DNA from: Marinicella sp.
Lineage (GTDB): Bacteria; Pseudomonadota; Gammaproteobacteria; Xanthomonadales; Marinicellaceae
NCBI GenBank assembly: GCA_965230295.1
Contig: OZ246001.1
Coordinates: forward strand, 768,001 to 832,000
DNA: 64,000 nt
Direction of reading: 5' to 3'
Each line of letters begins with the position of its first letter. Positions within the stretch are counted from its first letter, which is position 1. The translations under genes and the position numbers were made by a program. This document shows positions 1 to 8,559 of the stretch, one piece after another. Below the pieces are notes generated by a model. The model made no database searches. It saw nothing but the letters and a program-made list of their open reading frames with translations, and was not told the origin of the DNA.

Positions 1-671
1 TCGGGTTGTCTTGGCAATACCAATAAGCGGCTATTTTCAGGTTTGTATTCCAAGTATTGACCATTGGACAAAGCGTTGAAGGCACCTATGCGGGTGACTG
101 TTTGTTCTGACTCAATGCCATCGGCACCCACCACCATGGTTTTGAAATTCGTGATCTTGCCAGTTTCAACGATTTCGCGCTGAATTTCATACCAGAAGGC
201 TTCAATTTCAGCCAAGGTGGCAAAGCGGTTGGTATCGCCCATTTTGCCTGCCAGGTCTGCCATAAATGCAGCCCTTTCCGGGTATTGTTTTTGGGTGATG
301 GAATTTTCAAACTGAACCCGTGCATCACCTGCTGACTGCTGTAATACACCGAACAACTCCTTCAAACCACCTAATTTCAAATTCAAGTCGTCCTCCATCA
401 GGATGATTTGGGCGTCTTGCTCCTCAAACAATTGTTCGTATTGTTTGGACAAATTTTCTTGTTCAGCTCTGAGCGCTTTCATTTCTGCCAACAAACGGGC
501 TTGTTGGGCTCGATTGTCCTGGAAGAATTTCAGTCGATCAGCATTGTCCTTGGCATCTTTAACACCACCAGCTTTGACCTGGTCTAACAATTCCTTGAGG
601 TCCACATCTTGAGCAGCATAAACACCAAAGGACAAACAAAACAGGGTGATTATTGTGATTAATTTCTTCAT
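1..671 (-). CDS. MotA/TolQ/ExbB proton-channel family protein, TtpC-like (N-terminal part; runs off the window edge)
   Basis: Absent from the ORF track because it is truncated. Manual translation from ATG at 671: MKKLITIITLFCLSFGVYAAQDVDLKELLDQVKAG...LGGLKELFGVLQQSAGD...EAFWYEIQREIVETGKITNF...VTRIGAFN, a signal peptide plus long coiled periplasmic region typical of TtpC. Starts immediately after the DUF3450 gene stop (673). Confidence 0.8.
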   Translation of the reverse strand, partial: MKKLITIITLFCLSFGVYAAQDVDLKELLDQVKAGGVKDAKDNADRLKFFQDNRAQQARLLAEMKALRAEQENLSKQYEQLFEEQDAQIILMEDDLNLKLGGLKELFGVLQQSAGDARVQFENSITQKQYPERAAFMADLAGKMGDTNRFATLAEIEAFWYEIQREIVETGKITNFKTMVVGADGIESEQTVTRIGAFNALSNGQYLEYKPENSRLLVLPRQP

Positions 672-672
672 C

Positions 673-1434
673 TTATTTTGCCTCCAAAGCTGCTTGCACC
701 GGGATCACCAATAAATCTGGAGCCACTTCTTTCTTTGCCACTTTTAAGCCGGCTTTGATGTGTGACTTGTATTCACTGGATGGCAATTCAACAAATGCGT
801 TTTGGGCACTGTCCCAAGCCCCTGAATAGCTGCCATCGGGTGTTTGGTAAGCCAAAGAAATGCGGCCAACCCGGAAGAAGTTAACATCCCGCTCCTGGCC
901 TGACACATCGGCTGTCCCTTTGTAGGCTTCTATGGTTCTGCCATAATCCGCTTCAATTTCATAGGATTCCAAAACCCGTCTGAATTTTTCAGCTTGTGCC
1001 ACATCAGAACGTTCCATCATGGCTCGCAAGTTAGCAATTCTTTCGGTGCGTTCATCCATCAAAAATGGCACATCCAATTGGATGAATTTGTCCAATGAAT
1101 CAATCATTTTAATCATCAATGGTACGATCTGCCGTTCGATCAACGAGATGTTTTCCACAGAATTTCTGATGGCTTGCATTTCAGCTGTCTGATTATCCAA
1201 TTGCTTTTTAAGCAAACTGTTGTAGACCTTCAGACCTTCAACCTCTTTACTGACACTTTTGTATTCAGCCAACAAGTCAGCCACTTGATCCGCCACCCTT
1301 TCGATGCCTTTTTGGGCCTGTGCGCCCGCATCAGCCCTCCGCTCTCCGGCTTGGGTCACATCATCGACACTGGTTTGTGCCATACCGGTTGTAGCCACAA
1401 TACACAGCAATAAGCTTTTATAGGAAAATTTCAT
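673..1434 (-). CDS. DUF3450 family periplasmic protein (TtpB-like component of TonB2/3-type systems)
   Basis: Signal peptide MKFSYKSLLLCIVATTGMAQ, coiled coil, motifs LDVPFLMDERTERI, EKFRRVLESYEIEADYGRTIEAY and FRVGRISLAYQT. ATG at 1434 preferred over the upstream TTG. Confidence 0.85.
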   Translation of the reverse strand: MKFSYKSLLLCIVATTGMAQTSVDDVTQAGERRADAGAQAQKGIERVADQVADLLAEYKSVSKEVEGLKVYNSLLKKQLDNQTAEMQAIRNSVENISLIERQIVPLMIKMIDSLDKFIQLDVPFLMDERTERIANLRAMMERSDVAQAEKFRRVLESYEIEADYGRTIEAYKGTADVSGQERDVNFFRVGRISLAYQTPDGSYSGAWDSAQNAFVELPSSEYKSHIKAGLKVAKKEVAPDLLVIPVQAALEAK

Positions 1435-1493
1435 GTTAAACACTCTTGTTTGAATTTGATGGGGTGGTTTACGGTACCACCTTCTAAGAATCA

Positions 1494-1526
1494 AAGAAGC
1501 ACATGACTGGCTGCCATGCGCTTCTT
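1494..1526 (-). terminator. Hairpin/intrinsic terminator between the TonB receptor and DUF3450 genes
   Basis: Minus strand AAGAAGCGCATG-GCAGCCAGT-CATGTGCTTCTT followed by a T-rich tract, just after the receptor stop. Confidence 0.55.
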
Positions 1527-1537
1527 ATCTCATTTTA

Positions 1538-4072
1538 TTAAAACAGGTCGTAACGCAATTTCAAGTAGTAAAATCCACCGCCAAAACCGGATGGAGAGAA
1601 CTGACTGTATTGGTTACCAACACCTGCTGCGGCACCCAGGTTTCTGTCTGGATATTCATCCAAAAGATTTTGTGCACCAATGGTAAAGGTGTATTTGTCG
1701 TTGAATGTGTAAGCCACTTCGGCATCGAGAATGTACTCATCACCGTAGGTTGCACCATCTTCTGAATCAAAGAATTCATCGTAGTAACTGTAGCGACCTA
1801 AGAACCTCCAATTGCCCACCACATGGTTGGCTTGTAGATTCCAGCGGGTCTCAGGCAATCCTTCTTGTAATTCTCTGATACGGGTGTTGTCAACCACCAA
1901 AGGATCAAATGCAGTGACTTCGGTGTCGGTGTTGTTATAAATCAAAGAAAAGTCTGTATTACCATTGCCAATTTCAGTTTTGTATGTGGCTACCACATCA
2001 ATACCTGTGGTTTTGGTGTCAAAGGCATTGGTGAAGAACCTGAAATTCCTCAAGTTAGCCGCACTGGTTACACCACTGGCTATCAACCCATCAACTTCTT
2101 CTGGTGTTAGCTGGAAGTTTTGCGATAAGGTGATTCGGTCTTCCAAATCAATTCTAAAATAATCAACGGTAAAATCAACAGGTCCCAATGAGAACACGGC
2201 ACCAAAAGTGAAGTTTTCTGATTCCTCAGGATCTAAGGGTTGACCACCCCTAAGCTGAGCCACTGGGTTGATTGAAGGAATGGTGCCGTTGTTAACCAAC
2301 ATGCCATTTTCAAACTCAGTTGACACGTTAAAGGCATTTGATTGACCTGGTGTCGGGGCCCTAAAACCCGTACTGAAGGTTGAACGCAATGCAAAATTAT
2401 CAGTGAATCTATAGTGAGCAGCTAACTTGTAGTTACTGGTGGTACCAAAATCTTCAAAATCTTCCCAGCGCAATGCTGCACCCAATAAAAAGTTTTCAGT
2501 CACGTCCGCTTCCAAATCAGTATAAACAGCCACATTCGAACGCTCGAACTTACCAGCTGTTAATGCACTGAAACCCGGGAAACCATTGGATGCCGAAGAG
2601 AACCCCTGGGCTGCCAACGGTCCAATTTCAAACGACGCCTGATCACCCGCAGTGATTTCAAACGTTTCCGAACGCCATTCCATACCAGCTGCTATATTCA
2701 ACGGCGAGTAGAACCCACCCACATCCAAGGGGTATGAGAAATCGGCATTGAAGTTTTTATCTAGCTGGGTGTAATCACCTGGATCAAAGATGGTCGGTGA
2801 AGCTGGTCCTAAAGAAGCATTGACGGTGTTGCGAATCACGAAGTCTACATCACTGATACCAACGGCAGCCGAAACATCCCACAAAATGCCATTATCAAAC
2901 TCACCTTTCAAACCAAAGGTGGTGGCAAAATCAACGGCTTCACCACCAAATCGTGGGGTAAAACCACCTGGGAATACTTCCAGGAATGAAAAACAGTTGT
3001 TGTCTGCAATCAAAGCATCTACATAAGATTGATCGTAGCTGCCACCGGCTGGCACTCGATATTGAGCACAATCATCAATTCCATTGTCGTTGGTGTCACC
3101 TATTAAACGGATGCCGTCAGCAGCAAATACGCCGCCCCTTGTATCTGGATTACGGAAGTAGAAACCACCATCCACATCTTTTTGTGCATAGTTACCGAAG
3201 GCATAAAATTCATTGCCTCCACCCACATCAGCACCCATGTTGAAAACCAGCTTTAAATCATCATCAATTTTAGGCTGTCCCCAAATCTGTGCCGGATTTG
3301 CGACAAACGGGTTGCCATTGTCAATCAAAGCCTGTGCATCATCTCGTTGAACTGATCGATCAGTGTCATCGGTGCTGCCATACTCAAAACTTAAATTCAT
3401 GAACCCTTGATCAGTGAAGGGTAAACCGATGTTACCAGCCACACTGTAAGCCGTTCCATCACCTTCATAGAATTGACCATACTTCACTTCGTAAGTTGAT
3501 CCTTCACTGGAGTCGTTATAAATAAAGTTCATCACACCGGCAATGGCATCAGAACCGTATTGTGCCGCTGAACCATCACGCAAAACTTCTAATTGTTTCA
3601 ATGCAATCGAAGGTATGGGCGAAATATCAGGACCTTGGGCACCGTCAGCCACGCCATTACCTAACCAATAAATAACCGCAGCACGGTGGCGGCGTTTGTT
3701 ATTGACCAAAACCAATGTATGGTCTGGTGCCAGTCCACGTAAGTTCGCTGGACGAACAATGGTCGCCGCATCTGAAATGGGCTGTGTGTTCACATTGTAA
3801 GAAGGCACCACATTCCTGATCAAATTGCTGAGATCTGTCCCCGCCTGATTGACAAATTCATCACCTGCAACCACATCGATAGGTACCGCTGACTCAGTGG
3901 CTGAACGTGCAGCACGTCTGGTACCAGTCACCACCACTTCTTCTGCAGCCGCATTGCTGTCTTCACCTTCATCATTGTCGTCTTGAGCAAAGGCCATGGG
4001 TGTCATTGATAACGACAATGCCATGGCAATTCCGACAGATAATTTGTGATTCTTAAAGAACCTGATTTTCAT
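1538..4072 (-). CDS. TonB-dependent outer-membrane receptor
   Basis: Signal peptide, TonB box EEVVVTGTR, plug motifs (NLRGLAPDHTLVLVNNKRRH; LEVLRDGSAAQYGSDAIAGVMN) and a C-terminal beta-strand ending YLKLRYDLF. Confidence 0.95.
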   Translation of the reverse strand: MKIRFFKNHKLSVGIAMALSLSMTPMAFAQDDNDEGEDSNAAAEEVVVTGTRRAARSATESAVPIDVVAGDEFVNQAGTDLSNLIRNVVPSYNVNTQPISDAATIVRPANLRGLAPDHTLVLVNNKRRHRAAVIYWLGNGVADGAQGPDISPIPSIALKQLEVLRDGSAAQYGSDAIAGVMNFIYNDSSEGSTYEVKYGQFYEGDGTAYSVAGNIGLPFTDQGFMNLSFEYGSTDDTDRSVQRDDAQALIDNGNPFVANPAQIWGQPKIDDDLKLVFNMGADVGGGNEFYAFGNYAQKDVDGGFYFRNPDTRGGVFAADGIRLIGDTNDNGIDDCAQYRVPAGGSYDQSYVDALIADNNCFSFLEVFPGGFTPRFGGEAVDFATTFGLKGEFDNGILWDVSAAVGISDVDFVIRNTVNASLGPASPTIFDPGDYTQLDKNFNADFSYPLDVGGFYSPLNIAAGMEWRSETFEITAGDQASFEIGPLAAQGFSSASNGFPGFSALTAGKFERSNVAVYTDLEADVTENFLLGAALRWEDFEDFGTTSNYKLAAHYRFTDNFALRSTFSTGFRAPTPGQSNAFNVSTEFENGMLVNNGTIPSINPVAQLRGGQPLDPEESENFTFGAVFSLGPVDFTVDYFRIDLEDRITLSQNFQLTPEEVDGLIASGVTSAANLRNFRFFTNAFDTKTTGIDVVATYKTEIGNGNTDFSLIYNNTDTEVTAFDPLVVDNTRIRELQEGLPETRWNLQANHVVGNWRFLGRYSYYDEFFDSEDGATYGDEYILDAEVAYTFNDKYTFTIGAQNLLDEYPDRNLGAAAGVGNQYSQFSPSGFGGGFYYLKLRYDLF

Positions 4073-4181
4073 CTTTAACCCTCCTACAGATTATTAATAT
4101 TGATTTTTTAAAGATAAAAGTGTGCCTAAAAGTGCAAGAAAAACACTGATTTAACAAAATTTTAACTCTCTAACCTCAACC

Positions 4182-4211
4182 ATTCTAGATGGCTTTATTT
4201 TATTTTGTCAA
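4182..4211 (-). promoter_or_regulatory. Putative sigma70 promoter of the TonB receptor
   Basis: Minus strand TTGACA-N18-TAGAAT about 110 bp upstream of the ATG; RBS AGGAGG before the start. Confidence 0.5.
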
Positions 4212-4293
4212 TCATAACAAGCACTTTAGCTCATATGACAAGGATTTGTTTGTACTTTAATGAACCAGCTAAACACTTCGTTGCGCATAAAAC

Positions 4294-4311
4294 ATGACAA
4301 TTTGATGACAA
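4294..4311 (-). promoter_or_regulatory. Pho-box-like direct repeat (OmpR/PhoB family site)
   Basis: Minus strand TTGTCAT-CAAA-TTGTCAT, 11-bp period, versus the PhoB consensus CTGTCAT-N4-CTGTCAY. Confidence 0.5.
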
Positions 4312-4440
4312 AATATTCAAAATATTTTTATATATTTTTTTTATATATCCAGACCATCACACCCGCACTCAATTTTCCATTTGCAATGAAAACCATTCAT
4401 AAAGGTCTAATCTTCAGTCCTCAACATTAAAGAATAATAG

Positions 4441-5178
4441 ATGCTAATTAGGTTGTTTAAATTTTCCCTGTTGATTAACTGCATGACTGGATTTTCACAA
4501 GAAATGACTTTTTCCAGTGGCAGTAAACAAACTCATTTGATTGAACTGTATTCATCAGAGGGTTGTCACTCTTGTCCACCGGCTGATCAATTCATCAGCC
4601 AATTCAAAGGTTCAAAACAACTTTGGGATACCTATGTGCCTCTGGTTTTTCATGTTGACTATTGGGACTATCTGGGTTGGCAAGACCCTTTTGCTTCCCC
4701 CGAGTACTCCAACAGACAAAGGGCTTATCAAAGAGCCGGTCACAGCAACGGTGTTTACACACCAGGTTTTGTGGTTAACGGCAAAGAATGGACCGGGTTT
4801 TTCAAACCCTTGCGTGCGTTCCCTGAAATTTTTCAATACCCGGGAAAACTGCAAGTAACCATCAACCAGCACCAAGCCACCATTGAATTCAACTCAAATC
4901 ACGAAACTTTGGATTATCACATGGTCATTGTGGGTTTAGGGTTGCAAACTGAAGTTGATGCGGGTGAGAATGCAGGGCACTTATTGACCCATGACTTTGT
5001 GGTCTTAGACCATCAAGTCAGCAGTGGCAGTACATTTGCCACCATGAACTTGCCATTGATCATGAAACACGATCCAGAGCAATTTGCTCTGATCGCTTGG
5101 GTCACAGAAAAAAATTCAATGTTACCAATCCAAGCTGTCGGTCAGACTTTACCAGCGGGAATCATCAAGCAGATTTAA
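4441..5178 (+). CDS. DUF1223 family thioredoxin-like secreted protein
   Basis: IELYSSEGCHSCPPAD (CxxC), FHVDYWDYLGWQDPF, VYTP and GENAG motifs; N-terminal signal. Confidence 0.9.
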   Translation: MLIRLFKFSLLINCMTGFSQEMTFSSGSKQTHLIELYSSEGCHSCPPADQFISQFKGSKQLWDTYVPLVFHVDYWDYLGWQDPFASPEYSNRQRAYQRAGHSNGVYTPGFVVNGKEWTGFFKPLRAFPEIFQYPGKLQVTINQHQATIEFNSNHETLDYHMVIVGLGLQTEVDAGENAGHLLTHDFVVLDHQVSSGSTFATMNLPLIMKHDPEQFALIAWVTEKNSMLPIQAVGQTLPAGIIKQI

Positions 5179-5716
5179 TGCGTCGACTGCCAAAGATACG
5201 ATAGACCTCTGCCCAAGAACCATCTGCTTGTTTGAACTCCAATTTCCATGAGAATTGGTTGGACTTGATGTCATAAAAGGTGATTCTGGAGTCTTGGCCA
5301 TTGAACAAGCCAGTCATGATGATTTGGTCTGCAGTCTCGGTGGCCACAAAGGTATCTACTTTTTGACCTTTGATGGAAGCCCAGGCCATTTCCCAACGGT
5401 TTTGTTTGGGATTGAATATTCTTATATTGGTTCCATACTGACGCCCGGTGCTGGGCTCAGGTTGTCCCATTGGCGGCGAAATCCAATCATCTTGCACAGC
5501 ATGTCCATTGAGGATTGAATAAAAATGCCAGCTGGCACCTGCCCCTGCTTGCCAATGACCTTGCTGGTCTTTGGATTCATCTTTGATGTCCCAGTGACCC
5601 AACAATTGTTTCATCAAACTGTTTTCCAATTGTTGTGACAGTACCCCGGTTTCAGCCTGACTTACTGCACAGTAAAAACAACTCAGCAGCAGCCAGAAAA
5701 TAACTTTATTCTTCAT
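5165..5716 (-). CDS. Secreted hypothetical protein, DUF1579-like beta-barrel
   Basis: Start MKNKVIFWLLL (ATG 5716) with RBS AAGGAGG; signal peptide; LLGHWDI, YGTNIRIFNP, RITFYDI and FSWKLE motifs; overlaps the end of the upstream paralog. Confidence 0.65.
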   Translation of the reverse strand: MKNKVIFWLLLSCFYCAVSQAETGVLSQQLENSLMKQLLGHWDIKDESKDQQGHWQAGAGASWHFYSILNGHAVQDDWISPPMGQPEPSTGRQYGTNIRIFNPKQNRWEMAWASIKGQKVDTFVATETADQIIMTGLFNGQDSRITFYDIKSNQFSWKLEFKQADGSWAEVYRIFGSRRIKSA

Positions 5717-6683
5717 CCTCTTTATCCTCCTTAACAGGGAAATAATACCCATTGAACCAGGTATACCAGCTTTTGCCACCATCAACAGATTCTTCAAAAA
5801 ACTGTTGTACGACACCACCTTCCAAAGGTGTCCAAGTGCCCCTGAAGTCCCTGACCTGCGGCTGTTGTTGTGTAGCCGCATAATAAATTTTACCCACCAA
5901 TTGCATCGACTTTTTGTCTTTTTGCTGTGTGACCAAACCTCCAGCATAATCGATCACAGTACCACCGCCGCTGACCCAACGCTGTACCCATTGATTCAAT
6001 ATGCCATCATAGTAATTCATACTGGTACCAGTACTGCCACTGGCACCTTGCCATTGCTCCATGATCAGGCAACCTCGCTCAGTTTTGCTGATGGTGTTGT
6101 GACCGAACAAGGGGCCGGTTTTTTCAATATTGCCATAAACTTCCCAGTGACCCAGCCAAAAATCAAATTGCTGGTATTTATCATCGTACATACATGGCCT
6201 GAGGTTGGCATCGGTTTGTTTTAATATGTGTTTGAAGGAATCTGTGGTTTGATACTTTTGCCACATGGGATTGGTTTTCAATTCATTGAGATTGGCATAG
6301 CCTGATGCGGTCATTTCTTTCATTGTCTGCCACATGTCCTTTTCATCACCCAGCAAATTCAGCCCCTGTGCCTTTTGATAAAGCACCAATGACGGGGGAA
6401 TTTGCGTGGCTTTTGACAAATGTTTATTGGCTTTGATGGCCTGCTTGCCTTGACCCAGTTGAATGTGGGCATTGGCCACACGGTACCATGCTTGTTCTTT
6501 GGTGGCGGGAGACAGTTCTGCACTTTGATCTAGCAAGTGCTGGTATGCTTTGATTGATTCTGTCCAATTTTGTTCGTTGTAATACTTTGTGGCCAAAGCC
6601 GACCAGTTTTCTTCGCCACTCACAACAGAAGAAATGAATAAGCACAAAAACAAATAAATGCAGTTAAATTTAGTTTGACCCAT
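5706..6683 (-). CDS. Secreted TPR-containing protein with a C-terminal DUF1579-like domain
   Basis: Signal peptide, TPR-like helices (AWYRVANAHIQLGQGKQAI), then QFDFWLGHWEV...GCLIMEQW...GTSMNYYD...WVQRWV...QFFEESVDGGKSWYTWFNGYY. Confidence 0.7.
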   Translation of the reverse strand: MGQTKFNCIYLFLCLFISSVVSGEENWSALATKYYNEQNWTESIKAYQHLLDQSAELSPATKEQAWYRVANAHIQLGQGKQAIKANKHLSKATQIPPSLVLYQKAQGLNLLGDEKDMWQTMKEMTASGYANLNELKTNPMWQKYQTTDSFKHILKQTDANLRPCMYDDKYQQFDFWLGHWEVYGNIEKTGPLFGHNTISKTERGCLIMEQWQGASGSTGTSMNYYDGILNQWVQRWVSGGGTVIDYAGGLVTQQKDKKSMQLVGKIYYAATQQQPQVRDFRGTWTPLEGGVVQQFFEESVDGGKSWYTWFNGYYFPVKEDKEDEE

Positions 6684-6759
6684 TGACGTAAAACACAAAT
6701 GAAAGCTTTGATTATCTGCGCAATGGTTTTATCGCGCTATCAAAATTTTGCTCATTTAT

Positions 6760-7575
6760 TCAGAACGTTTGAATTTGCAGCAAGCATTCTGAAGGCGTCA
6801 TTCCAAAAGTCTGTTTAAAACTGGCTGACATATGAGAATGGCTGGAAAACCCAAAATCAAATGCCAAATCAACCAACTCCACATCATGCTGCTGTAACTC
6901 AAGAACCAAATGCCGCAGCCGTTGCTGTTTACGGTATTGGTTGATGCCTTGGCCGTTGATGTGTTTGAACACACGAGACAAGTGGTAAGGGGATGTGTGG
7001 TGCAATTCGGACAACTGCTGTAAAGACAAATTAACACTTAAATCAGCTTGTAAGGATTCTTTAACACGTTCAACCAATCTTTTATGCTTGTTGCGCTGCC
7101 GTGCAAATGATCGGTCAGTATCCGTATGGGTTAACAAGCCATGAAACAGGGTCAATACACCTTCTTCAACGTGTAAGGGATTGGCCACATTGGTTTCTGA
7201 GATTTGACTGAGAAGTCTTAGGTGCTGTAAGAACACGGGTGCCGGGCATGGCATGTTTTCACAGCTGAAATGACGCCGGTCTTTTTCAACCACTTCCGAC
7301 AACAGCTCATCAGAGATTCGAAACCAGTGACAATAATCTCCAGTTTGATTGATGGCAAAACGCTTGTAAGTTTGTCCTTGGTTATAGAAGTTCACCAAGG
7401 TTGGGTCAGCGACAAAAGCATCTGAACCGGTGTGTTGAATCCAAATACTGTTTTTCGGGAATACGATGATGGGCGATTCCACAAACCCTGTTTCAAAGAA
7501 ACATGAATCTGCTGGATCTACCGCAAACACTCCAATTTCAATCAAATCAGTTTGATACAGGATGGCCTCTTTCAT
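6760..7575 (-). CDS. AraC family transcriptional regulator
   Basis: C-terminal double HTH: LSLQQLSELHHTSPYHLSRVFK...LAFDFGFSSHSHMSASFKQTFGMTP. Confidence 0.93.
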   Translation of the reverse strand: MKEAILYQTDLIEIGVFAVDPADSCFFETGFVESPIIVFPKNSIWIQHTGSDAFVADPTLVNFYNQGQTYKRFAINQTGDYCHWFRISDELLSEVVEKDRRHFSCENMPCPAPVFLQHLRLLSQISETNVANPLHVEEGVLTLFHGLLTHTDTDRSFARQRNKHKRLVERVKESLQADLSVNLSLQQLSELHHTSPYHLSRVFKHINGQGINQYRKQQRLRHLVLELQQHDVELVDLAFDFGFSSHSHMSASFKQTFGMTPSECLLQIQTF

Positions 7576-7613
7576 GCCAATGATTTTACCTCAAAGAATG
7601 CCAGATTTCGTAT

Positions 7614-8531
7614 TTAAAAGATGGATTGTCCGGTTTCTGTGGTAAAGGCTTCAAGAAATTTCAAGCCCCGATAAGAATTGCCTTTGTCATTCAACCTCGG
7701 GCTCCACACTGCCACACTGAACTGATTGGGTAAAACCGCAACAATACCTCCACCCACACCGCTTTTTCCTGGAAGACCAACTTGATAAGCAAAATCACCG
7801 GCCTCATCGTAAAAGCCACAAGTCAACATGATGGCGTTCATGCGTTTGGTTTGACTGGTGTTAAGCAGACATAACTTTCCATCAAGCGTACACCCTTGGT
7901 TGGCAAAGAGCATGAATGTTCTGGCCAATTGCTCACAATTCACCAAAATTGAACAACAATCAAAGTACAGGTCTAACACCGCATCCACATCGTTGTTGAT
8001 GTTACCCAATGACTTCAGAAAGTTAACCAATGCCACATTACGGAAACCAACCGATTTTTCAGATGCGGCAATGACAGGGCTGAATCCAACCGATGGATCT
8101 CCTGAGACAGAACGAATCAACTCAATGACCGCTTGTTTTGGGTCTTCGTATAAATCGATCAATATATCACTGATGACCAATGCACCTGCATTTGAAAAAG
8201 GATTCCGTGGGATACCATCATCGTATTCTAAGGTGCCCAAAGAATTGAATGGCGTGCCAGAAGGCTCCACCCCCACTCGTTGCCATAACTGACCGCCCAG
8301 TTTGCTGTAGGCCATACTGAGCAACAACACTTTGACTACACTTTGGATCGAGAAAGCATCCTGCCAATCTCCTACAGCATAACATTCACCGGTTACCGTG
8401 GTTAAACACACACCAAACTTTTCATCATCAACACATGCCAACTCAGGGATATAAGACGCGACATCTCCATAGTTTTTGTGTTTTAACAACTCACTGTGGA
8501 TGTGCTTTATAGTGGCTTGGTAATCAGTCAT
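7614..8531 (-). CDS. glsA: Glutaminase
   Basis: GDVASYIPELA, catalytic FSIQSVVK, VGVEPSGTPFNS, PRNPFSNAGA and VGLPGKSGVGGGI. Start MTDYQ at 8531. Confidence 0.93.
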   Translation of the reverse strand: MTDYQATIKHIHSELLKHKNYGDVASYIPELACVDDEKFGVCLTTVTGECYAVGDWQDAFSIQSVVKVLLLSMAYSKLGGQLWQRVGVEPSGTPFNSLGTLEYDDGIPRNPFSNAGALVISDILIDLYEDPKQAVIELIRSVSGDPSVGFSPVIAASEKSVGFRNVALVNFLKSLGNINNDVDAVLDLYFDCCSILVNCEQLARTFMLFANQGCTLDGKLCLLNTSQTKRMNAIMLTCGFYDEAGDFAYQVGLPGKSGVGGGIVAVLPNQFSVAVWSPRLNDKGNSYRGLKFLEAFTTETGQSIF

Positions 8532-8559
8532 GAGGATCAACCTGTTCAATCTTAAAGGA

